Made by a program: the position numbers and the translations under genes. Of a stretch of 64,000 nt of DNA, positions 18,448 through 26,875 are shown one piece after another (within the stretch, counting starts at the first letter, position 1; the number at the start of each line of letters is the position of its first letter). Under the pieces are notes generated by a model. The model was not told where the DNA came from and searched no databases. It saw only the letters and a program-made list of their open reading frames with translations. The DNA lies in the NCBI GenBank assembly GCA_012517735.1, contig JAAYUK010000063.1, forward strand, positions 2,671-66,670, written 5' to 3'. This DNA is from Nitrospiraceae bacterium (GTDB lineage: Bacteria > Nitrospirota > Thermodesulfovibrionia > Thermodesulfovibrionales > Dissulfurispiraceae).

Positions 18448-19407
18448 TCAGAGGGTCCAGAAATCCGGCGCTGCCGGGGTTTCCGGGCCCTCTTTCTTGT
18501 GGTCCCGCGTGATGTCGAACGGGATGCCGTCTTTCTTGCGGACCGCCTTGTACAGCTTGTCGGTGCTGATCAGCTTCAGCAACCCTTTTTTCTGCAACAG
18601 CGCATTGGTTGCTTCCAGATAGTTGGGGATTTTTATGTACGGGTCTTCATGGATTTCGACATATACCCGCTTGTTGCGAACGCCTACCTTGATCGGCTGC
18701 TTGACGATCGTAACCTTTGTGCCGATCGTAACCATATTGAACAATTGGGGTATGTGTTCCGGATACAGCCTGATGCAGCCGTGGCTGACCTGACGGCCGA
18801 CCCCGAACGGCCGGTGGGTGCCGTGAACCAGAAAATTGGTTTTCGACAGGCGCATGGCGTGCGTGCCGAGCGGGTTTTCCGGGCCGGGCGGCACGACCCC
18901 GGGCAATTCAGGACGCTCCTTGCGGATCGACGCAGGCGGGTACCAACTGGGGTTTACCCGCTTCTCCGAAATTTTCCAGGTGCCGGCCGGGGTTTCTGTT
19001 CCTTCGTCGCCGATGCCGATCGGGAATGTGCTTACCTTGACGGGAGTCCCTTTCTTGGCGGGAGCAAAATAATAGAGCCGCATTTCAGATGTATTGATGA
19101 CAATACCTTCCATCGGGGCATCCGGAAGCACCCAGAGCGTCGGAATGCGAATCTGCAGATTTTCCCCAGGCACAAATGCATCAACCCCTGGATTGGCGAT
19201 TTCGATCTCATTGAATCCGATGCCATAGTGACGGGCAAGCTCAACCAGAGAGTCTTCTTTTGTTGTTGTGTGAAGCATGACGGGTGATGACGCGCCAATA
19301 ACGGTTGTTCCCGGCATGAGGACAAACGTCTGCCCGGAAAATGCCGGCGCGGCAGGAAGCAGGAGGGTTGCAATCAGCGTCATGAGAGCGAATAATCGTG
19401 TTTTCAT
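18448..19407 (-). CDS. L,D-transpeptidase (YkuD domain) with LysM-like N-terminal domain
   Basis: Signal peptide, LysM-like LVELARHYGIGFNEI, and catalytic ..FLVHGTHRPFGVGRQVSHGCIRLY. Confidence 0.88.
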   Translation of the reverse strand: MKTRLFALMTLIATLLLPAAPAFSGQTFVLMPGTTVIGASSPVMLHTTTKEDSLVELARHYGIGFNEIEIANPGVDAFVPGENLQIRIPTLWVLPDAPMEGIVINTSEMRLYYFAPAKKGTPVKVSTFPIGIGDEGTETPAGTWKISEKRVNPSWYPPASIRKERPELPGVVPPGPENPLGTHAMRLSKTNFLVHGTHRPFGVGRQVSHGCIRLYPEHIPQLFNMVTIGTKVTIVKQPIKVGVRNKRVYVEIHEDPYIKIPNYLEATNALLQKKGLLKLISTDKLYKAVRKKDGIPFDITRDHKKEGPETPAAPDFWTL

Positions 19408-19439
19408 AATCTTCAGATAATAGCAAAAAAGCTGAAGAT

Positions 19440-19469
19440 TTGACAAAATACCAGTTTGTATAGTTTAAT
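19440..19469 (+). promoter_or_regulatory. Sigma70-type promoter for the tRNA-Val/tRNA-Asp operon
   Basis: TTGACA (19440-19445), 18-nt spacer, TTTAAT (19464-19469). tRNA-Val starts at 19484. Confidence 0.55.
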
Positions 19470-19483
19470 ACTTATCGCTTCGC

Positions 19484-19559
19484 GGGCGGTTAGCTCAGCT
19501 GGGAGAGCGCAGCCCTTACAAGGCTGATGTCACAGGTTCGATCCCTGTACCGCCTACCA
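19484..19559 (+). tRNA. tRNA-Val (anticodon TAC)
   Basis: Hand-folded cloverleaf: acceptor GGGCGGT/ACCGCCT, D-arm GCTC..GAGC, anticodon loop CTTACAA, T-arm ACAGG-TTCGATC-CCTGT, encoded CCA. Confidence 0.9.
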
Positions 19560-19599
19560 TTTTCTCCGGAGCATGCAGTACAATAAAGCGTTGAACGTT

Positions 19600-19676
19600 G
19601 GGGCGGTAGTTCAGTTGGTTAGAACGCCTGCCTGTCACGCAGGAGGTCGCGGGTTCGAGCCCCGTCCGCCCCGCCA
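19600..19676 (+). tRNA. tRNA-Asp (anticodon GTC)
   Basis: Acceptor GGGGCGG/CCGCCCC, anticodon loop CTGTCAC, T-arm GCGGG-TTCGAGC-CCCGT, encoded CCA. Confidence 0.9.
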
Positions 19677-19689
19677 TCGCAACGCAGAT

Positions 19690-19724
19690 GAGCTTCAGGA
19701 TTTCTGTCCTGAAGCTCTTTTTTT
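19690..19724 (+). terminator. Intrinsic terminator after the tRNA operon
   Basis: GAGCTTCAGGA-tttctg-TCCTGAAGCTC followed by TTTTTTT. Confidence 0.9.
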
Positions 19725-20072
19725 ATGATTATGATAAAGTCTCTTTCAGCGCAGAGAAGTGTTTTTCACATTCTCCGTCAATAACGTGTTAATCAAAGGG
19801 ATCCCGTCCAGAATGGGCGCCGCTTCGAGCGATTTGCACCAAAAAACAGCGTGCTGAAAAACGGGGAATGGGCATGGTGAGAGCATGAAAAAGCCCCTTG
19901 TTTTGACGGTGAAAAAAGTGAACCGGTCGCACTGCATCCGGTGCGTTTTCTCACCTGCCCCACCGGTATCGGGAAACCCGTGCGGGTAGATTCTTGCAGA
20001 GTTGAGAAGTATTTCACCGGAAATAAACAAATGTACTCATGAACGGTGAAAAAACGTTCGATCATGATGAAA

Positions 20073-20300
20073 CCCAGAATTGTCATGAGCCTGGCAGGAC
20101 AGGCAACGCCGCTCAACTGCTACCCCGAAAAGTCATGGACATTTTCGGGGGCCCCGCTTCTCGGCCGGCGTCCAGCCGTCCTCCGAGGTATTCGCCTCGC
20201 ACATACATCCTGTATGTGCCACTTCGCCGAATAAATCCGCTTTGTTGCCAGCCCAGCCAGGCTCGAAGCGATTTGGGTCGAATCCAATGACAATTTTGGG
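20073..20300 (-). mobile_element. MITE copy 2 (228 bp, inverted relative to copy 1)
   Basis: Reverse strand reads CCCAAAATTGTCA...TGACAATTCTGGG. Flanked by direct TGAAA at 20068-20072 and 20301-20305. Confidence 0.8.
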
Positions 20301-20423
20301 TGAAATGGAGCATCCCGTGCGTCTGTTCGTACTGGAACGAGACATTGGATGACATTGCCTCCGATTGTTTTACGAACCGGTACCGTTTGTACAGCACAAT
20401 TTTTGTGAAGCAGCTTGAAGGGG

Positions 20424-21581
20424 CTACTTCATGACCTCTTTCAGCAGGGTACAGAGCAATTCAATCTCTTCCCGGGTATGCGCGGCGCTCACGGTAATGC
20501 GCAGGCGCGGTGTCGGCACGGTGGGCGGGCGGATAGCAGGCGCATAGATTCCCTGATCAAACAGTTTTTGAGCAGCAGCAAGTGTTGTTTCGATATCGCC
20601 AACCATGACCGGAATGATCGGGGTTTCCGACGGTGCAGTGTCAATGCCGATTTTGTGCAACTCATCTGCAAGATAGTTGCGATTTTCCCACAATTTTTTG
20701 TTCAACGCGGAATCACGTTCTATCAATTCTACCGCAGCCAGTGACGCTGCGACGACTGGCGCGGGGAGGGCTGTTGAGAAGATAAACCCCCGGCCGCTGT
20801 TGATAAGCCAACGGATGATGGTGCGGCTTGCGGCGACATACGCCCCGAACGACCCCAAGGCTTTTGAAAACGTTCCCATCTGAATGATCCACGGCTCCGG
20901 CGTTATGCCGAAATGGTGCAACGTTCCCCGGCCTCCGCCGAGCACGCCGGTCCCGTGCGCATCATCTATATAGAGCAGCGCACCATGCTCGCGGCAGGCG
21001 GTGACAATGTCAGGCAGCGGAGCGATGTCTCCGTCCATGCTGAAGACGGTATCGGTGACGATAATTTTCCGGGTGCCGGATTCCGATGCGAGCAGTTGCC
21101 TCAGGTGGGCGACGTCACGGTGGCGATAGATGACGGTGCGGCTGCGGCTGAGGCGGCAGCCGTCCACGATGCTGGCATGATTGAGCGCATCGCTCAGGAT
21201 GAGGTCTCCTTCACGCGCCAGCGCGGGGATGAGGCTGGTGTTTGCAGTGTAGCCCGAGTTGAGGGCAAGCGCTGCTTCTGTCCCTTTGAGCCGTGCGATC
21301 GCTTCCTCAAGTGCATGGTGGTAGGTGGTGCCTCCTGCCATGAGACGGGAGGCCATTCCGCCTGTGCCGCATGCCTCCAGTGCACCTGCCGCCGCATCCT
21401 TTAATAGGGGGTGATTGGCGAGCCCGAGATAGTCGTTTGAAGAAAAATGGACAAGTTGCTTATTTTCGAGCATAATCCGTGCCGAAGAGGCGGCAGGGGC
21501 AGCCCCGGTGCATGACCGATCGCGTATGATTCGCTCCAACCCACGATTCGCCACATCGGCCAGCTCTTTACGATAGGGCAT
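20424..21581 (-). CDS. bioF: 8-amino-7-oxononanoate synthase (alpha-oxoamine synthase family)
   Basis: ..FSSNDYLGLANHP..SRLMAGGT..LNSGYTANTSLIPAL..SDALNHASIVDG..DDAHGTGVLG..GTFSKALG (PLP-binding Lys). ATG at 21581 with GGAG RBS. Confidence 0.75.
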   Translation of the reverse strand: MPYRKELADVANRGLERIIRDRSCTGAAPAASSARIMLENKQLVHFSSNDYLGLANHPLLKDAAAGALEACGTGGMASRLMAGGTTYHHALEEAIARLKGTEAALALNSGYTANTSLIPALAREGDLILSDALNHASIVDGCRLSRSRTVIYRHRDVAHLRQLLASESGTRKIIVTDTVFSMDGDIAPLPDIVTACREHGALLYIDDAHGTGVLGGGRGTLHHFGITPEPWIIQMGTFSKALGSFGAYVAASRTIIRWLINSGRGFIFSTALPAPVVAASLAAVELIERDSALNKKLWENRNYLADELHKIGIDTAPSETPIIPVMVGDIETTLAAAQKLFDQGIYAPAIRPPTVPTPRLRITVSAAHTREEIELLCTLLKEVMK

Positions 21582-21667
21582 AGAGACTCCAAAGTACACA
21601 AGATATAGTGCTTTTGCGCCAAGTCGAATACATTATATATGCCATTGAAAAAAAGCGCATTTTTCTC

Positions 21668-21723
21668 TTGACACACCTTTCATATTCTTTTATGATCAGT
21701 GGTAAAAAGTGGTAGAAAGTGGT
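21668..21723 (+). promoter_or_regulatory. dcw (Pmra) promoter with triple MraZ-box operator
   Basis: TTGACA (21668-73), 17-nt spacer, TATGAT (21691-96). Three AGTGGT repeats follow at exact 10-bp spacing (21698, 21708, 21718). Confidence 0.8.
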
Positions 21724-21727
21724 GGAG

Positions 21728-22183
21728 ATGGAGTCTTTTTCGGGTAAATACTATTACTCACTCGACCCCAAGGGGAGAATTGTCATCCCTGCTCCTTTGC
21801 GCGAAGTTATTCTTGCGACCTACAACAATTCCAAACTATATATCACCAATGCGGACTTTGACAAGTGCTTGCAGGTCTATCCCCTTGAAGAATGGGCAAA
21901 ACTTCAGGAGAAGGTCCGCTCCCTCCCCAAGAGTGACGAGGCAGTGAAATATTTCATGCGCCGCGTCATCGCTTCCGCCACCGAGTGTGAACTGGACAAG
22001 CAGGGCCGTATTCTTGTCCCGTACGAACTGCGCGTTGATGCGGGCATTACGTCCGACATCGTGATGGTCGGCCTCATTGACCGGATCGAGCTTTGGGACA
22101 AGGCAGCCTGGGACGCGGTCACGAATCCCGAAAAGATCGACGCCAAAGCCTTCAGCGCTGCATTGGCGGGGTATGGGTTATGA
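21728..22183 (+). CDS. mraZ: Transcriptional regulator MraZ
   Basis: MESFSGKYYYSLDPKGRIVIPAPLRE.. and a second ..LDKQGRILVPYELR SpoVT/AbrB-like repeat. Alternative GTG start at 21719. Confidence 0.92.
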   Translation: MESFSGKYYYSLDPKGRIVIPAPLREVILATYNNSKLYITNADFDKCLQVYPLEEWAKLQEKVRSLPKSDEAVKYFMRRVIASATECELDKQGRILVPYELRVDAGITSDIVMVGLIDRIELWDKAAWDAVTNPEKIDAKAFSAALAGYGL

Positions 22184-23058
22184 CCGAGTTTTCCCATGTC
22201 CCGGTGATGCGCGATGAAGTCCTCGTCATGCTCGATATCAGACCGGAAGGCACCTATATCGATGCAACGGTCGGGCTAGGCGGCCATAGCGCTGCGATTC
22301 TCGCCCTGCTGGGGGAGAGAGGGCGGCTTTTGGGGATTGATCGTGATGAAGCAGCGTTGGCTGTGGCTGCCGAGCGTCTCGGCAACGGGCGAGTGAAGCT
22401 GAAAAAAGCGGCATTTGCCGATCTGTTGGCGGCAGCACAGGAAAGCGGTATCGAGGCCTGCGATGGCATTCTGCTTGACCTCGGCGTTTCGATGATGCAG
22501 CTGAAGGATCATGAGCGCGGCTTCAGTTTTCAGTCCGGGCATGAGCTCGACATGCGGATGGACACGGCTCAACCCAAAAGCGCATGGCATATCGTGAATG
22601 AGGAACCCGAGCAGGAACTCGCCCGCATCATCCATGAGTATGGCGAAGAGCCCCTTTCCCGGAGGATAGCGCGCCGTATTGTTGCGGAACGGAAGAAACG
22701 GAAGATCGATACCTGCGTGCAGCTTGCGTCGATTGTGGCGTCCGCCTGTGGCCGGCGCGGCAAAACGCATCCTGCAACCAGGACGTTTCAGGGGCTCCGG
22801 ATTGCGGTGAACCGCGAAATGGAGCAGTTGCGCAGCGGACTGGAATCGGCAGGGGCGCTGCTGAATAAAGGCGGCAGGCTCTGTGTATTGACCTATCATT
22901 CGCTGGAAGACCGTATGGTAAAGCATTTTATGCGCGATGGCGTTCGTGAAGGACGGTTCGCGCTGTTGACAAAGAAACCCGTATCTGCACGTCGGGAAGA
23001 GGTCATGAGCAATCCGGCGGCGCGGAGTGCAAAGTTGAGGGGGGTTGAACGGCTATGA
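22180..23058 (+). CDS. rsmH: 16S rRNA (cytosine1402-N4)-methyltransferase
   Basis: HVPVMRDEVL..YIDATVGLGGHS..GILLDLGVSMMQL..RGFSF..LTYHSLEDR. ATGA overlap with mraZ. Confidence 0.95.
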   Translation: MTEFSHVPVMRDEVLVMLDIRPEGTYIDATVGLGGHSAAILALLGERGRLLGIDRDEAALAVAAERLGNGRVKLKKAAFADLLAAAQESGIEACDGILLDLGVSMMQLKDHERGFSFQSGHELDMRMDTAQPKSAWHIVNEEPEQELARIIHEYGEEPLSRRIARRIVAERKKRKIDTCVQLASIVASACGRRGKTHPATRTFQGLRIAVNREMEQLRSGLESAGALLNKGGRLCVLTYHSLEDRMVKHFMRDGVREGRFALLTKKPVSARREEVMSNPAARSAKLRGVERL

Positions 23059-23411
23059 GACGCAGAAGGGGTTCCCGGCTGGTGCCGGTCGGCAGGATTG
23101 CCATGATTGTTGCTTTGGTACTGCTGGTATTTTCGGTCGTCTGGATTCGCTCCAGTGTCGTTTCCCTTGAATACCAGCTCAGCTCCCTTGAAATCAAGAA
23201 GAAAGAGTTGATGCGTGAAGCCAAGACGCTCGGCGCCCAGCGTGCCGGATTGGTGACGCTCAAACGTCTGGAAACAGTGGCGAGTGCCGACGGCGGTCTC
23301 ATGTTTCCTGACCGGATGAAGGTTGTCTATGTCAAGAATCAGCGCGATCGCGGTGCGATGACGGCTGCGTTCGTACCGGCGGATTCCGGTCCCCGGGTCG
23401 TCCGGGAATGA
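23055..23411 (+). CDS. ftsL: Cell division protein FtsL-like
   Basis: Single TM (IAMIVALVLLVFSVVWI) plus a coiled coil. Canonical position between rsmH and ftsI; ATGA overlap. Confidence 0.75.
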   Translation: MRRRRGSRLVPVGRIAMIVALVLLVFSVVWIRSSVVSLEYQLSSLEIKKKELMREAKTLGAQRAGLVTLKRLETVASADGGLMFPDRMKVVYVKNQRDRGAMTAAFVPADSGPRVVRE

Positions 23412-23468
23412 TCCTGATGGAGGGTAGTGGTCTGGCTGCATGATAAATGAAGCGGGGAGTGTGTGGTC

Positions 23469-25220
23469 ATGAGCAGGCGGGGAGTGGTCATCGTTGCGAT
23501 CATTTCGCTGGCGTTTGCAGCCGTTATTGCCCGACTTGCGTACATCATGCTTCTGAACCATGATCTGTTCCTCGCAAAAGCCCGCGGTCAGCACACAAAA
23601 AAAGAGACCATTCCGGTCAAGCGCGGTATTATTTACGACCGGCAGGGACGTGAACTGGCGATCAATCTTGAAACCGAGTCGGTCTTCTGCGACCCGGTGG
23701 AGGTGCGCAAAACCGAAGATCAGGGGAGGCCGCTGAAACCCCAGAGGCCTGAAGAGGTTGCTGTGCATCTCTCGAAGGCTCTCGGTACCGATGCCAAGGC
23801 CGTTCTGGCCAAACTGAACACCGATGACAAGCATTTTCTCTGGATCGAACGCAAGGTCGATCAGGAGCGCGCAAAACGGGTGCACGACATGAAACTGCGC
23901 GGTATCGGATTCATTCCGGAACTCAAACGGTACTATCCGAAAGGGAGTCTTGCATCGCATCTCATCGGGTTTGTGAATTCCGAAAATGCGGGGCTCGAAG
24001 GCATCGAACGCCAGTACGACAAGCACCTTTCAACGCAGACCGAAAGTGCCACCCGTGTCAAGGACGCCCGGGGCAATACCTTGTCCGAGGGAATGCTCAA
24101 GGAGCTCAAAGGCAACGATATCGTGCTGACCATCGACGAGGGGCTTCAGCACATTGTGGAAAAGAATCTCGATGCCGCCATGGCGAAATGGCGTGCGTCA
24201 TCAGCCACGGTCATCATGATGGATCCGTATACGGGCGAGATTCTTGCCCTGGCCAATCGGCCAACCTATAATCTCAACGACAGTGGCAGCGCCGATATGC
24301 AGAGGCTTCGCAATCGCGCTATTACCGACGTATACGAGCCGGGTTCGACATTCAAGATCGTGGCCGGTGCGGCGGCTCTCGAGGAAGGGACGGCAACCCC
24401 GAAGTCGCGGTACGACTGTAGCGCCGGAACCATTGAAGTCGGCGGGCGGAGAATCAAGGACGACCACCGGCATGGTGTTCTTACGTTCGAGGAAGTGATC
24501 CAGAAATCGTCGAATGTCGGGACCATCAAGATCGGGCTTGGACTCGGCAAACAGAGAATGTATGAGTATATCCGGCGTTTTGGTTTCGGCGAAAAAACCG
24601 GCATCGATATAGCAGGTGAGGTGTCCGGTCTCTTGCGGGCTCCGGAGAAGTGGTCGGGCATGTCGATCGGGGCCATTTCGATCGGGCAGGAGGTTGGCGT
24701 TACCCCGCTCCAGATTGTCCGTGCCTATGCCGCAATAGCCAATGGTGGACTGCTCGTCAAGCCTCATGTCGTGGCGGCCATCAGGACTCCGGATGGGAAA
24801 TTGGTGTACAAGGCCGAGCCGAAGGCGGAGCGCATTCTGTCGGAAAAAAACGCTCTCAAGTTCCGTGAAATATTGAAAGGGGTTACGGAAGCCGGCGGCA
24901 CGGCGAAGACCGCGGCCGTTGACGGTAACAAGGTCGCAGGCAAGACCGGCACCGCCCAGATATTCGATACGCGTGCAAAGCGCTACTCAAAGGATAGGTA
25001 TATTGGTTCGTTTGTAGGGTTTGTTCCGGCTGGGGATCCGCGCATTGTCATGATCGTTGTCATGCATGAGCCCAAAGGGGCGATTTATGGCGGTGTTGTC
25101 GCCGGACCGGTATTCAAGGATATCTCGAACGAGGCGCTTTCGTATCTCAGCGTCCCGCGGGATGACCAGCGTGAGCGGGGGCTCCTGCTGGTTTCGACAA
25201 AGGAGCAGAGCGGCCGATGA
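23469..25220 (+). CDS. ftsI: Peptidoglycan D,D-transpeptidase FtsI (class B PBP)
   Basis: N-terminal TM and PBP dimerisation domain. Motifs SxxK (GSTFK), SxN (SSN), KTG (KTGT). Confidence 0.92.
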   Translation: MSRRGVVIVAIISLAFAAVIARLAYIMLLNHDLFLAKARGQHTKKETIPVKRGIIYDRQGRELAINLETESVFCDPVEVRKTEDQGRPLKPQRPEEVAVHLSKALGTDAKAVLAKLNTDDKHFLWIERKVDQERAKRVHDMKLRGIGFIPELKRYYPKGSLASHLIGFVNSENAGLEGIERQYDKHLSTQTESATRVKDARGNTLSEGMLKELKGNDIVLTIDEGLQHIVEKNLDAAMAKWRASSATVIMMDPYTGEILALANRPTYNLNDSGSADMQRLRNRAITDVYEPGSTFKIVAGAAALEEGTATPKSRYDCSAGTIEVGGRRIKDDHRHGVLTFEEVIQKSSNVGTIKIGLGLGKQRMYEYIRRFGFGEKTGIDIAGEVSGLLRAPEKWSGMSIGAISIGQEVGVTPLQIVRAYAAIANGGLLVKPHVVAAIRTPDGKLVYKAEPKAERILSEKNALKFREILKGVTEAGGTAKTAAVDGNKVAGKTGTAQIFDTRAKRYSKDRYIGSFVGFVPAGDPRIVMIVVMHEPKGAIYGGVVAGPVFKDISNEALSYLSVPRDDQRERGLLLVSTKEQSGR

Positions 25221-26875
25221 CAGGGACAGAGCTGCATCCGCGAACGGTTAGGGACATTCTGCAGGATGGATGGCTGATTGCCGGCAATGCCGATACACCG
25301 CTGACCGGTTTGCAATACGATTCCCGTCGTGTTGCTCCCGGTGATCTTTTTGTCGCGGTCAAGGGCGGTCAATCCGACGGCCATGCCTTCATCAGTCAGG
25401 CGATTGCAGGCGGCGCGGCCGCCATTGTGTACGACATGGCGTGGGAGGGCGGTATCGCCGCCCGGCGCGCCCATCCCGACGTGGTCTGGATCGGCGTGCC
25501 GGACAGTCGTGTGGCGCTCGCACAATGTTCCACCGCTTTTTACCGGGATCCGTCACGATCAATCGGTGTTATCGGCATCACCGGCACGAACGGCAAGACG
25601 ACCACATCCTATATCATGAAATCGATTCTCGAGGCCTGGCGCTGCAAGGTCGGACTGATCGGTACCATCAACTACATGATCGGGAGCAAAACATTCGATG
25701 CTCCGCACACAACGCCGGAAGCCCCCGACTTTCAGCGGTTGTTGCGCATGATGGCGGATGAGGAGTGCAGTCATGTGGTCAGTGAAATATCCTCGCATGC
25801 GCTTGCCCAACAGCGGGTTGCGGGTACGGTGGTCAGGGCGGCGATATTCACCAATCTCACGAGGGATCATCTCGATTTTCATGCGACGATGGAAGGCTAT
25901 TATGCGGCAAAAAGACGCCTTTTCCATGAACTGCTCGCCGACGAGGGGATTGCGGTTATCAATGCTGACGATCCCTACGGGCGGAGATTGGCGGATCAGA
26001 TGCGTGCTGATACGCAAATCCGGACGCGCGGCATCAGGGTTCTGACATTCGGCATGCAGTCCGCCGATGCCGATATCGTGGCAGAGCAGATCGCGCCGGG
26101 GTTCCAGTCCACGAAGTTCCGCGTGCGGACGAACAATGGCGCATTTGATGTCGAGTCGCCGCTGGTCGGCACGATCAATGTGATGAATATCCTCGCAGCC
26201 GTCAGTGTCGCCGTCGGTCTCGATATTCCGGTTGCGGTGATTCAGACAGGGGTGAGAACCACTCCGCAGGTGCGCGGGCGATTCGAACAGGTGTCGGTCG
26301 GCCAGCCGTATCTTGCACTGGTTGATTATGCGCATACGGAAGATGCGCTTGAGCGTCTTTTGCAGAACGCCCGTACGCTGCTGGAACTTTCGGCTGGGTC
26401 GCGGCCGCATCGCAGGACTCGCCGCCGGGGAGAACAACTGTTTCTGACCGAGGATGCCGGGCATGGGCGTGTCATTACGGTGTTCGGCTGCGGCGGGAAC
26501 CGTGATCGGGGGAAGCGTCCGAAGATGGGCGAGATTGCAACGCGGCTCAGCTATTTCACGATTCTGACGTCCGACAATCCGCGCTTTGAGGATCCGAAGG
26601 TAATTATCCATGACATAGAAGCTGGCATCCGGGGCGATAACTACATCGTCATCCACGATCGCAGGGCGGCAATAGCGATGGCGGTTGAACTGGCGTCTGC
26701 CGGCGATATCGTTGTCATTGCCGGAAAGGGCCACGAGACATATCAGGAGATCAAAGGCGTACGTTCCCATTTCAGCGATCGCGAGGTGCTCGAAGAGGCA
26801 ATTACCCGCTCTCTTGAGCGGCATCGACGGCGAAACGAAAAGCCGGGACGGCCGTGCAAGGCGGGTTCATGCTGA
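25217..26875 (+). CDS. murE: UDP-N-acetylmuramoyl-L-alanyl-D-glutamate--2,6-diaminopimelate ligase
   Basis: GITGTNGKTTT, ..DYAHTEDAL.., GCGGNRDRGKRP, and a DNPR motif (mDAP type). Contains a basic insertion and a C-terminal tail. Confidence 0.93.
   Translation: MTGTELHPRTVRDILQDGWLIAGNADTPLTGLQYDSRRVAPGDLFVAVKGGQSDGHAFISQAIAGGAAAIVYDMAWEGGIAARRAHPDVVWIGVPDSRVALAQCSTAFYRDPSRSIGVIGITGTNGKTTTSYIMKSILEAWRCKVGLIGTINYMIGSKTFDAPHTTPEAPDFQRLLRMMADEECSHVVSEISSHALAQQRVAGTVVRAAIFTNLTRDHLDFHATMEGYYAAKRRLFHELLADEGIAVINADDPYGRRLADQMRADTQIRTRGIRVLTFGMQSADADIVAEQIAPGFQSTKFRVRTNNGAFDVESPLVGTINVMNILAAVSVAVGLDIPVAVIQTGVRTTPQVRGRFEQVSVGQPYLALVDYAHTEDALERLLQNARTLLELSAGSRPHRRTRRRGEQLFLTEDAGHGRVITVFGCGGNRDRGKRPKMGEIATRLSYFTILTSDNPRFEDPKVIIHDIEAGIRGDNYIVIHDRRAAIAMAVELASAGDIVVIAGKGHETYQEIKGVRSHFSDREVLEEAITRSLERHRRRNEKPGRPCKAGSC

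Noticed and set aside
19484-20305. Integrated element or att site next to tRNA-Asp.
   Set aside because: No integrase gene and no direct repeat of the tRNA 3' end is found downstream. Only the MITE and an unassigned gap are present.
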